Shown here: one piece after another, positions 9,720 to 18,160 of the stretch
How positions within the stretch are numbered: the stretch's first letter is position 1
Layout of the letters: every line of letters begins with the position of its first letter
DNA from: Candidatus Omnitrophota bacterium
GTDB lineage: Bacteria; Omnitrophota; Gorgyraeia; Gygaellales; Profunditerraquicolaceae
Assembly: GCA_028712255.1 (NCBI GenBank)
Contig: JAQTQJ010000003.1
Span: forward strand, 7,173 to 71,172
Length of the DNA stretch: 64,000 nucleotides
Reading direction: 5' to 3'
Position numbers and translations under genes: made by a program
The notes under the pieces: model-generated
Seen by the model: the letters and a program-made list of their open reading frames with translations, nothing else
Told to the model about the DNA's origin: nothing
The model's database searches: none

Positions 9720-10553
9720 TTAGTTCCTGGTTATGGTGGCGATCTCGTTTCCCGGATTATAAGCTAAAGTCAAGACCGCAACCGCGGTGCCTGAAACGCC
9801 GCCCTTTTTGTATGTCACGGTTTCGATTTCTCCCTGGCCATTTCCGGAAGATACATAAGTCAAGGCGATATAATCGAAAGCCGGGATTTCAAAGCCGATT
9901 AATTTCCTAAGTTCCGCTAAAATCGCGCCGTCGCTTCCGCCTCCGACGTAGACATTACCGGCCCGATAAAATTTCTCGCCGTCTTCAGTCACCAGCCTGA
10001 CGGGTATTGCCTCTTTGGGCTTTGTGTTCTTGACAAAACTATTGAAGATAATCGCCTTGAGCTGTTTCCAGAACTCCTCGCTCGAATCTTTGAAAAAATT
10101 AAATAACTTTCCGAAATCGAACTCTTTATACCAAACAGGTCTTTTAATGCTTACCTCATCAGGAAATTCTTTAGGTTTTATTTCCTTTAAGTTGGATACC
10201 CTTATCTCTTTCGGGTGCTCGCTTCTTAAATCCTGCGCGTTGGATATCTTGACCTCTCTCACGGCGTCAGGAAAGTTACTGACGAACACCCTGAATTCTT
10301 TGCCAAGCGTTTCCTGATATTTATCCAGGGCTTGTATGAGCTCGCGGACTTCATTCCTGATATCCTCAAACGTCTGGGAATCCTTGCCGTCCTTTATCAG
10401 CACATAGACCTTAGCGATGATATCAACGATGTCCTTCTGCCGGTCTAAAGACTTAAGCAGAAAGATATTTCTCTCCAAGTTGTCGTCCTCGGTTTGGGTG
10501 CCTAATAGCCGGCTGATTTTGTTTCGTTCTAAAAGGACGGCTTTCTTATCCAT
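9720..10553 (-). CDS. Hypothetical protein (insert)
   Basis: 277-aa ORF between the portal and the 165-aa ORF. Confidence 0.3.
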   Translation of the reverse strand: MDKKAVLLERNKISRLLGTQTEDDNLERNIFLLKSLDRQKDIVDIIAKVYVLIKDGKDSQTFEDIRNEVRELIQALDKYQETLGKEFRVFVSNFPDAVREVKISNAQDLRSEHPKEIRVSNLKEIKPKEFPDEVSIKRPVWYKEFDFGKLFNFFKDSSEEFWKQLKAIIFNSFVKNTKPKEAIPVRLVTEDGEKFYRAGNVYVGGGSDGAILAELRKLIGFEIPAFDYIALTYVSSGNGQGEIETVTYKKGGVSGTAVAVLTLAYNPGNEIATITRN

Positions 10554-12291
10554 TAGCTAAAACCTCCGAAAGCTTATTTTTTATTCCGCAGAGCTCTTCT
10601 TTTAAGGCGCTGTTATCGTTCCCTATCTTCGCAAGCTCGCTGCTTAAGTTCTCATTTCTCTTTGTAACTTCTCCGGCGTCTTCTAGAATCTGACGAATCT
10701 CTTCTTCTTGCTGTGCTTCCTCTGTTCCCCCGTCTTTAGGAATTTTTGAGTCAGCGGTTGTCTCCGGAAGGCCGAGCTCTTTTCTTTTCTGCTCTTCTCT
10801 TGCCCTCTGCTCCAAAATCTCCTCCCAGTCTTTGCCCTGCCCAGCTGCTTCATCTGCTAAGCTTGAGATATTTCCCGTAATAGCCTCCCTGGATGCCTTT
10901 ACTTCTTTAAGCGGATCCACCCAGGACCAGCCGGGAGCAATCCATCTTGCCCTCAGCCATGCAGATCTTGGCCTGCCTTTTTCGTAAAACTCAGCGGCCT
11001 CCAGCTCGCCCTTTAAGTACGCCTCTTCCAAAAGCATCTCCCAGACCGGCTGGCAGAGCTTTTGGGAGAGCCATTCCTGCCTAACCTTAAAATATCTCCT
11101 GGCTTCTAAGAGAGCTGCCCTTGCGCTTGAGTAATTGGTCTTAGAGAAATCTTTTGCCACCAGCTCATACGGAAGGCCAAGGGCTGCGGATATGGCTTTT
11201 AAGATTCTGTCTACGAACGGTTCAAACGTCGCGCTCGGCCTCTGGGGATTAAATGAGGTGATAGTCTCCCCAGGCATAAGATGCTTAATCATCCCGGGCT
11301 CTAAGGATTCCAGCATCTGACCGGAAGGATTTCGCTCGTAGGCGGAATTGACTGCCACATCCATCGAGGCCTCGGAAGTTATAAAAAGTGAGAAGCATGC
11401 TGCAATACGGCTGGCAACCAGCTCTGCCTCGGTATACTCGGCTAAATCTTTAAAATAGGTCAATACCGGAGCAAAAAAGGGAACGCCTCTGGTCTGGCCT
11501 GAACGCAAAACATAATACAAATGAAAAATATTTCTTCTGCCCATTACGCCCTTGGACTGGATTTCTATATACTGCTTTGCTTCTTCCGCAGACCGGTGAT
11601 AGATATCTCCGGGGTGCGTCTTTTGAATAAAGTAGGAAACCGGCTCGCCGTTTTCTCCGATCTTGACGCCAGACCTGACTGCCTTGTCGCTTTTTTTATC
11701 AGCCGGGGTGTTGAGCCTGTCTGACTCAATCACTTGCAGGGCCAACGGGTACGGCCTGCCGTTAGTTTCCAATCTCAACGGGACGATTATTGCCTCGCCG
11801 TTTTCTAAGATCTGCCTGTCTACTAACTGCTGGATCTCATAGAAGTCCATGCGCTCTCCGGCATCAGCATAAGGAGTCCAGCGCCTCCATACCTTTTCGG
11901 CTTTTCTTTGGAATTCGTCTGCCAGCCCCTCGTCTATGCCAAGTTCTTCCTTATCCACCCTGCTCTGAGGCCTGATGCCGGTGCCGATGACATTTACAGT
12001 CATCGTTGAGGTAATCCCTGCGGCGTGCGCGTCATTTCTGTTTAAATCGCGACTGCGCTCCCGGATATCGGATAATTCAGGCAGCAAGTCCTGGTCTGCC
12101 GAGCCTCCTCCGGGAATCCATGACGACCTTAGGCGGTCCCTGCTTGCGCCTTTATACGCGCCGAACTTCTGAGAAATATTTATTGCCTCGCGGTACATCC
12201 TGCGCTTAAACCCGGCCTTGGGGGAAAAGAAAGAAACGATATTGTCTATTGCGCCCGCGATTCTTTCTGAAAGTTTATTTTTAATTTTCAT
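10546..12291 (-). CDS. Portal protein (lambda B family)
   Basis: 581 aa. The N-terminal region KAGFKRRMYREAINISQKFGAYKGASRDRLRSSWIPGGGSADQDLL is characteristic of lambda-type portals. It follows W and the large terminase. Confidence 0.7.
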   Translation of the reverse strand: MKIKNKLSERIAGAIDNIVSFFSPKAGFKRRMYREAINISQKFGAYKGASRDRLRSSWIPGGGSADQDLLPELSDIRERSRDLNRNDAHAAGITSTMTVNVIGTGIRPQSRVDKEELGIDEGLADEFQRKAEKVWRRWTPYADAGERMDFYEIQQLVDRQILENGEAIIVPLRLETNGRPYPLALQVIESDRLNTPADKKSDKAVRSGVKIGENGEPVSYFIQKTHPGDIYHRSAEEAKQYIEIQSKGVMGRRNIFHLYYVLRSGQTRGVPFFAPVLTYFKDLAEYTEAELVASRIAACFSLFITSEASMDVAVNSAYERNPSGQMLESLEPGMIKHLMPGETITSFNPQRPSATFEPFVDRILKAISAALGLPYELVAKDFSKTNYSSARAALLEARRYFKVRQEWLSQKLCQPVWEMLLEEAYLKGELEAAEFYEKGRPRSAWLRARWIAPGWSWVDPLKEVKASREAITGNISSLADEAAGQGKDWEEILEQRAREEQKRKELGLPETTADSKIPKDGGTEEAQQEEEIRQILEDAGEVTKRNENLSSELAKIGNDNSALKEELCGIKNKLSEVLANG

Positions 12292-12524
12292 GACGGCTTA
12301 TCAAATTTTGCGTATGTGGTAGTGTCGTTTGAGCCTGCGATTTCTCTGCGCAATTGGTCGCGCAGCTTTATTAGTTCAGTAAGGGGAATATATTGAAGAT
12401 TCCTTCCGCCGATAGAATAAGATTGCACAGCGCCGCCAGTCGTCCTGGCGTTAATGGCATTCTCGACGTTATCAAGCATCTCCTGCTTCGTGGGCACGCT
12501 CACAAAAAACTCCTTTTGCCTCAT
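12288..12524 (-). CDS. Head-tail joining protein W-like
   Basis: Small ORF just before the portal, with similarity to gpW in the GGAVQSYSIGGRNLQYIPLTELIKL region. The true start is more likely the GTG at ~12503, preceded by AAGGAG. Confidence 0.4.
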   Translation of the reverse strand: MRQKEFFVSVPTKQEMLDNVENAINARTTGGAVQSYSIGGRNLQYIPLTELIKLRDQLRREIAGSNDTTTYAKFDKPS

Positions 12525-12530
12525 CCCAAT

Positions 12531-12571
12531 AAAAAACCCGACTCCAACCGATGCATCGGAATCGGGTTTTT
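12531..12571. terminator. Bidirectional intrinsic-terminator-like hairpin (A6, stem-loop, T5) between the terminase side and W
   Basis: aaaaaa-cccgactccaaccgatgcatcggaatcggg-ttttt. A second hairpin gcggcag...ctgccgc plus TTTTT lies at 12585-12616. Confidence 0.45.
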
Positions 12572-12694
12572 GCTGCTATTGGGCGCGGCAGCAGTGATCA
12601 GCTACTGCCGCTTTTTAAGTTTCCTAATTCAATATTACCCAAATACAGTTTTTTGGCAATAGGGTCGTTATGCTGTTATAGTAATAATTCAAAT

Positions 12695-12979
12695 TTAGCC
12701 CTCTTGCTCTATAGACTTAAAATTATAGCCGCATTCTTTGCAGCGGTGATACCTGACCGGCGGATGACTCGCATACCAGCGGATCTTCTTTGATCCGCAT
12801 CTTGGACACCTAAGTGGAATAAACCTGACAGCATAATCATCGCCTGTATTCCCGGGGCGACCGGCGCTTCTTTTTCTAACATCAACATTTCCTGAATGAT
12901 TTTCATTTTTTAACCAATTCTCTTTTCTCTCAAGCCATCGCCCCATCAAAGCCAAGAGCCCTCTCTTTTGCGGATCCAA
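12695..12979 (-). CDS. Small zinc-ribbon protein
   Basis: CPRCGSKK...CKECG. Its start overlaps the 3' end of the large terminase gene. Confidence 0.3.
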   Translation of the reverse strand: MDPQKRGLLALMGRWLERKENWLKNENHSGNVDVRKRSAGRPGNTGDDYAVRFIPLRCPRCGSKKIRWYASHPPVRYHRCKECGYNFKSIEQEG

Positions 12980-14796
12980 GCCTCTCTTGAATGGCCTTGG
13001 ACTTCAGTTTTCGGCTGATAAACTCTTGTCGAATCATCTTTGCGGATATTTAATGCCCGGATAATGTCTGCGGCAGCCAAGGCATAAACCTCTGCATCGA
13101 GAAAGTGATTTGCTGCCGCCTCTTTCTTTTTCTGCCACACTTCCTTTGCCCGGCCAGTCGTGCGGTTACGTATTAATATTTTGTGTTCGGAAGTAAACTG
13201 AGTTAAATACTCCTCGTTCGAATTTTTAAAGATGTGCCATTTAACCGGATCCCGAGAAGTGACGAGCCGATTGATTTTGTCTTTATACTGCGTTACGTTC
13301 AAATGCCATAAAACAAGGCCTCCTGGAATAACTGCCCCGGTCCGCGAATTGATATCTATTTTGTTTGCACGATAGAAACGACCTCCGCTAATTTCTTCAA
13401 CTCCCTTGATCGCTTTAGTCTTATCGGCCCAGTGACGGCAAAACCGGTATACCTCATCGGTTTTAAATCCCGAATCGATACATGACATATAGACAGTGAG
13501 AGTTTCCGCTGAACTTAATCTTTTATATTCCGTTTTGAACAATTCCTCTACTAGGTCATCCCAATACTCAACTCGTCCTGCGCGGATGAGCCATGATTCT
13601 TCATAATATCCCCAGCCTCGTATGACGAAATAAAAATGATCCTTCTGCACGTCAACGCCTGCAGTCAAAACCAAAACATCATCCGGAACAATTCCCTCGT
13701 CATAATCCCGGGCGAGATTGCGCACCTTATCTACCGTTGTCTCTTCAATCTTTTCTTCCCAAACCTCCGCAAGCCACGAATTGACGAAATTCATCAACAG
13801 CTCAATGTAGTCCTTAGACTTTAAGAACTCTGCTGCGATATCGCTCCATGTAAGCCAAGGAGAATAAAGAGAGCTGATCCAGAAACCGCGGTTTCTGTTT
13901 TTCTCTTTCTTCTCCGGAATCCACTCTCCGCTTAACATTATCTTTTGCTTCTGCGCGTCTTCTATCTTTCTGCCGCAATAGAAACATTCATACCAGGCAA
14001 GCCGCTCGTTTTTAATTCTCTCCGGCGATGATTCCTCTCTCGGCCATTTGATTTGACCAAATACCAAAACTTGCAATTTCCCGCAATGAGGGCAGGGAAC
14101 GTAAAATCTCCTTTGATCTGACTTCTCATATTCCCGGAAGATATAACCTTCGCGTGTAGTAGGCGTTGAAACCTTAATTGTCTTTTTATTCCAAAAAGTC
14201 TTCTGCCTCTCTGAAGCAAGTTTTATCGGATCTGCCTCGCGGCCCGAAAACTTCGGATATTTATCAACCTCATCCAGAAATAGATACCGGATAGGCCTTG
14301 ACGCAAGATCAGCCGGGCTGTTTGATCCTGCGAAATACAGGATCATGCGGTCAAAATGATATTCGAGTTTCGTGATATCATCGAGATTCTCGGGGAGATA
14401 TTTATTTAATACCGGCGATGCTTCAATCATCGGGCGGACTCTATTATACGAAACGCTCTTTGCATCATCGGCCCGCGGCGAGACCATAAGCGTCGGACCC
14501 GGGTCCTGGTCGATTACATAACCCAGCATATTATACATTGCCTCAGTCTTACCAACTTGAGATGCAGCCATAACTGTTATCTCATCAACAAACGGATCCG
14601 TGAAAGCATCCATGATCCCTTTTAAATAGGGTGTCCTTGTTGTCGACCACTGCCCGGGCTCTGCGGAAGTCTTAACATCAAGGCGTCTGAACGTATCCGC
14701 CCACTCGCTCACCGTCATCTTATTCGGCAAAACCCACTCTTCTGCCGCATAAGGCAATACGGTGCTAACTATCGCTTTTGCTATTTTTATCCCCAT
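12946..14796 (-). CDS. Terminase large subunit (lambda GpA family)
   Basis: 616 aa. N-terminal ATPase region with a Walker-like motif (VGKTE) and a C-terminal nuclease region. Gene order TerS-TerL-W-portal. Confidence 0.8.
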   Translation of the reverse strand: MGIKIAKAIVSTVLPYAAEEWVLPNKMTVSEWADTFRRLDVKTSAEPGQWSTTRTPYLKGIMDAFTDPFVDEITVMAASQVGKTEAMYNMLGYVIDQDPGPTLMVSPRADDAKSVSYNRVRPMIEASPVLNKYLPENLDDITKLEYHFDRMILYFAGSNSPADLASRPIRYLFLDEVDKYPKFSGREADPIKLASERQKTFWNKKTIKVSTPTTREGYIFREYEKSDQRRFYVPCPHCGKLQVLVFGQIKWPREESSPERIKNERLAWYECFYCGRKIEDAQKQKIMLSGEWIPEKKEKNRNRGFWISSLYSPWLTWSDIAAEFLKSKDYIELLMNFVNSWLAEVWEEKIEETTVDKVRNLARDYDEGIVPDDVLVLTAGVDVQKDHFYFVIRGWGYYEESWLIRAGRVEYWDDLVEELFKTEYKRLSSAETLTVYMSCIDSGFKTDEVYRFCRHWADKTKAIKGVEEISGGRFYRANKIDINSRTGAVIPGGLVLWHLNVTQYKDKINRLVTSRDPVKWHIFKNSNEEYLTQFTSEHKILIRNRTTGRAKEVWQKKKEAAANHFLDAEVYALAAADIIRALNIRKDDSTRVYQPKTEVQGHSREAWIRKREGSWL

Positions 14797-15391
14797 TTTT
14801 CACACCCGCGAATTGATTGATGATATAACGCAACTCCGCGTCTAACATTTCGCACATAACCTTCGGATCCTGTTGATACAATTTTGGCGCGATGTATTTC
14901 GGAAGCCGCAAAAAACCGGCCTTAATCCCTCTTATTTGATTCTTAACAATTGAAGCGTGATCCGCAAAAGGAATAAGTTCTCCTTCTTTCTGCTTCAGTT
15001 CAAGTTCGCTTAATTTAGCGCGGTTCTTGCGGTATTCGTTTTCCCAATAATCTTTGCTGCCGTCTTCGGGATTCTGCGAGGCATAGAACCATTTAAAAAC
15101 ATCGCTGACCTTAAAGCGTGAAATCTCGCCTGAAGCGTCCCGGATAACCGGCATTCCCTGTTTGATGTAACGCCGGACCATGCGGGGTGATTTTTCTAAG
15201 AATACTGAAATTGTTCCGAGGTCGACCGTCCCGTCAAATACATCGGTTTCTTTCTTCTGCTCGGATTTTTCAAACTCCTCGAGCTCCTTAAGCTCTTTGG
15301 CAGATAGTGTCCCCCGCTGGAGTTTCTCAACAAGAGAAATGTAGCGTTTCTTGCGGGCAATCTCTATTAGATTCTGACTTTTTTCATCCAT
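14765..15391 (-). CDS. Putative terminase small subunit / DNA-binding protein
   Basis: Immediately upstream of the large terminase. Contains an HTH-like segment (MVRRYIKQGMPV). The start is probably the internal MDEKSQ at 15391, giving an 8-bp overlap with the upstream gene. Confidence 0.35.
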   Translation of the reverse strand: MDEKSQNLIEIARKKRYISLVEKLQRGTLSAKELKELEEFEKSEQKKETDVFDGTVDLGTISVFLEKSPRMVRRYIKQGMPVIRDASGEISRFKVSDVFKWFYASQNPEDGSKDYWENEYRKNRAKLSELELKQKEGELIPFADHASIVKNQIRGIKAGFLRLPKYIAPKLYQQDPKVMCEMLDAELRYIINQFAGVKNGDKNSKSDS

Positions 15392-16691
15392 TACTATTTT
15401 CTCTATGCGCCTTTCTCCCCGAAAATTCTTCCCATCTTTTGACGGCCACGTCGCAAAAGATAGGCTCGATCTCCATTGCATAACAGCGCCTAGTTAACCG
15501 TTCTGCTGCAATGATCTGCGAACCGGAACCGCTGAACGGCTCGTAGCAGATATCTCCGGGTGACGTATGCACGCGCATAGGAATAGCAAATACCTCGGTA
15601 GGCTTAACCGTTGGATGATGCAGTCCGGGATTACGTTTCTTACCTTCCCAGTCCAGCTCCCAAACATCAGTATGATATTCAGGCTTCGTAGGATCGCCGG
15701 ACCGAAAGAAATTGACCATCCACACACTGCCGATAGATTTGTCCTTTGGCTTATAAAGCGGCTTTTTTCCTTTAACCCACATAAGAAGACAAGGCTCATG
15801 CCTCCACGAATAAAACGAATACGTTAATACTGCGCAAGGCTTCACCCAAATAATCTGCTGATGGACGAGAACTCCGAGATCATCGCAGATTTCATCAATC
15901 ATGCCTCTTCGTTTTGAGGCATGCCAAAGATAGAGCGCTGTGTTTTCTTTGATATGTTTAAGCCCCACCTCATAAAACTTTTTTATGAATTCCTTGGCAT
16001 CCGGAATGTCGACCTCATGATAAACACCGGACCAATCGTGACCGCCGGTAGGCCTATCAGCTCCGGTGTAGTCGACACAGTAAGGCGGATCAGTAGCAAA
16101 CAAACTTGCTTTCTCTCCAGCCATAAGCCTTGCAACATCTTCGTCGCTTGTAGAATCCCCGCAGAGAAGCCGATGATCACCTAATATCCAAAGGTCGCCT
16201 TTTTTAGTAATCGTCTCCTTGGGCGGTTCAGGAATATCATCCGGAAGCGTTTTGCCGTCGCCAATATTCTCAACACCCATGTCGCCAACGCTATCCCGTA
16301 AATTTTTGAGCCGAAGCGCAAGATAATCATCAGCCGCCTCTTTGCGCAGCCTCTCTAAAAGCGGAATAAGAGCCTGTGTCCACTGTCCGGCAATCTCCTG
16401 GTTATTAAGCGTGACATTCATTGCCTGCTCTTGAATTTCGTCAACGTCAACTATGATAGCCGGTGCGGTCTCAACGCCCTCCGCCTGCAAAATCTTATAC
16501 CGCTGATGCCCTGAAATGATATGCATATTGCGCTTATTTACCACCAATAGGTCCACATAGCCAAACTTCTCCAGGCTATGCCGCAGGCCCGCCAAGGCCT
16601 CGTTCGATATTTCCCTCGGATTATAAGGCGCCGGTTTAATTTCCGATATCTTTATGTCACTAATCGCAGGCTTAATATTGATTTTTGCCAC
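15384..16691 (-). CDS. ParB-like nuclease domain fused to a DNA methyltransferase (N6-adenine or N4-cytosine, DPPY motif)
   Basis: N-terminal ParB/Srx fold (ISEIKPAPYNPREIS...GHQRYKIL), a DPPY catalytic motif and a C-terminal FSGSGS SAM-binding motif. Confidence 0.75.
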   Translation of the reverse strand: MAKINIKPAISDIKISEIKPAPYNPREISNEALAGLRHSLEKFGYVDLLVVNKRNMHIISGHQRYKILQAEGVETAPAIIVDVDEIQEQAMNVTLNNQEIAGQWTQALIPLLERLRKEAADDYLALRLKNLRDSVGDMGVENIGDGKTLPDDIPEPPKETITKKGDLWILGDHRLLCGDSTSDEDVARLMAGEKASLFATDPPYCVDYTGADRPTGGHDWSGVYHEVDIPDAKEFIKKFYEVGLKHIKENTALYLWHASKRRGMIDEICDDLGVLVHQQIIWVKPCAVLTYSFYSWRHEPCLLMWVKGKKPLYKPKDKSIGSVWMVNFFRSGDPTKPEYHTDVWELDWEGKKRNPGLHHPTVKPTEVFAIPMRVHTSPGDICYEPFSGSGSQIIAAERLTRRCYAMEIEPIFCDVAVKRWEEFSGRKAHRENSNG

Positions 16692-16936
16692 GCATCCCTC
16701 CTTTTCCTAACATATTGACCCATATTGACTTAAATAATCAAAGGGACGCCCCGTTTTGCCCCGTAGGTGCCCATTTTCATTGACATTGACATCAATTTCT
16801 AAACCTACAATCACTGAAAGCCCGCGCCTCGCCCGACCCGCGCCGCACACCCGCCTGGAAGGACCCGCAAGCTTTCTTTTAAGCAATAACCAGAGTTATG
16901 CACAATTTCACAGCCTCTACTACTATCTTTTGTTAG

Positions 16937-17380
16937 TTATCTCTTGTTATATATCTCTTGTTCGGGTGACACACCGGTCACTACCTCTGGTGACACCTGT
17001 GTCACTACTCCAGTGACAGCCCTGTCACTGGTGACATCAATGTCACTACTTGGTTGTGGATAACTTTTCACTCCTGAAATATTAAGCAGCTTATAAATAT
17101 TCGGCTTACCCTTCTTCCTCTCAATCGCAACAGCCTTCAACCGCTCCAGCTGCTTTACTGCCCGCATGATCGTGCGCCGGGATACTCCGCAGTGATATGC
17201 CAATGTGGTAACAGACGGAAAACAGTCCTGCGCCTTAAAATTAGCGTAATAACAAAGCCATGAATAAACAGCAACGCCCATTGTCCCGGCATTCTCGCTA
17301 ATGAGTCTTAATGCTGCCTTATCTATCCAAAGGAATTTGCCGTCGCGCAAATCCCTGATATCTATCTTTTCGTTTCCCAT
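16937..17380 (-). CDS. HTH DNA-binding protein, candidate replication initiator (lambda O-like / replisome organiser N-terminus)
   Basis: N-terminal winged-helix/HTH (LAYHCGVSRRTIMRAVKQLERLKAV). The iteron array lies within its own coding sequence. Confidence 0.4.
   Translation of the reverse strand: MGNEKIDIRDLRDGKFLWIDKAALRLISENAGTMGVAVYSWLCYYANFKAQDCFPSVTTLAYHCGVSRRTIMRAVKQLERLKAVAIERKKGKPNIYKLLNISGVKSYPQPSSDIDVTSDRAVTGVVTQVSPEVVTGVSPEQEIYNKR
16966..17046. repeat. Four tandem dyad iterons GTGACA-N5-GTCAC (~20-bp period) inside the 3' end of the HTH gene, followed by an AT-rich region
   Basis: GTGACAcaccgGTCAC / GTGACAcctgtGTCAC / GTGACAgccctGTCAC / GTGACAtcaatGTCAC. Directly 3' of the array the direct repeat atctcttgtt occurs twice (16939-16962) in an AT-rich stretch. 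Confidence 0.6.
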
Positions 17381-17391
17381 AAAAATGCCTT

Positions 17392-17637
17392 TTAAGTGAA
17401 TACAAATTCGTACCAGGCCATCTTGCCTTTGAGGTTACGCTGGACGCATTCTTCTTTGCTTATTTTTCTTACTATGCCTCTGCGGACAAAATCCCTGACT
17501 GTTCTGTCGGCCCGGAGATAATAATTCTTAGTGCCAAAGGATATAACTTCGGCTTTAGAGAAAATTCTCTTTTGCTTACACCAGTTCAAAAGCTGCTTCT
17601 CCTTGGATAAGAATAAATCTCCCTGGCCATCATCCAT
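17392..17637 (-). CDS. Hypothetical protein
   Basis: 81-aa ORF in the early module. Confidence 0.3.
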   Translation of the reverse strand: MDDGQGDLFLSKEKQLLNWCKQKRIFSKAEVISFGTKNYYLRADRTVRDFVRRGIVRKISKEECVQRNLKGKMAWYEFVFT

Positions 17638-17643
17638 TGTTCT

Positions 17644-17826
17644 TTACCGCCTTCCAATGATTAAAATAATACCGATAAGGATCGACGAAATTACAAAGAG
17701 CCAAATCAGCATCCTTATGAATTCTTTTGGATCCTTGCCAAACGGCCGATTTGCCTCGGCAAGTTTATCGCGGTTATACCAGCTCAAGCCTTTATAGAGT
17801 TTATTTAGTCCCTGAGTAACTTTCAT
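17644..17826 (-). CDS. Small membrane protein
   Basis: 60 aa with one C-terminal hydrophobic helix. Overlaps its neighbour by 4 bp. Confidence 0.3.
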   Translation of the reverse strand: MKVTQGLNKLYKGLSWYNRDKLAEANRPFGKDPKEFIRMLIWLFVISSILIGIILIIGRR

Positions 17827-18098
17827 GGCTCCTCGCCCCTCCTTATTCTTTCCACGGTAAATTTATCCTCGCCAAGCTTGCGGGTCATTATTCCGATAAA
17901 TATCTGAGCAATGTATTCGCCTACATCGCTAGAGGTATCAATAGCTATCTTGTCATTTGTGGCTAGATAGCTGGTATGAAGCCTTACCCGTGCCTGGCCA
18001 AAGTTGTATTCAGCGGTTTCAATCGCGCGGGCTATCTCTTTCTCAATAGCTTTCTTGCCTATCTTTTCCTGGAATTTGAACTTGCATATATCGGTCAT
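17823..18098 (-). CDS. Hypothetical protein expressed from promoter/operator repeat copy A
   Basis: 91-aa ORF whose start is ~20 bp downstream of the conserved promoter element. Confidence 0.35.
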   Translation of the reverse strand: MTDICKFKFQEKIGKKAIEKEIARAIETAEYNFGQARVRLHTSYLATNDKIAIDTSSDVGEYIAQIFIGIMTRKLGEDKFTVERIRRGEEP

Positions 18099-18115
18099 TT
18101 TCTTTGCCTCTATAT

Positions 18116-18148
18116 ATGTATACAGATTTTTTTCTTAAACTGTCACAC
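18116..18148 (-). promoter_or_regulatory. Promoter/operator repeat copy A (-35 GTGACA, 18-bp spacer, -10 TATACA)
   Basis: The 33-bp block atgtatacagatttttttcttaaactgtcacac is nearly identical to 19081-19113. It lies upstream of 17823-18098 on the minus strand. Confidence 0.5.
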
Positions 18149-18160
18149 CTCGTGTAAGAA

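Noticed and set aside
12709-12906. Alternative minus-strand ORF 12709-12906 overlapping the zinc-ribbon ORF
   Set aside because: Different frame of the same region, with no recognisable motif. The zinc-ribbon frame is preferred, though itself low-confidence.
16966-17046. Possibility that the GTGACA-N5-GTCAC array is a CRISPR array
   Set aside because: The units are internally palindromic and about 20 bp apart with no 25-40 bp unique spacers. There are no cas genes. They are best read as iterons or operators.
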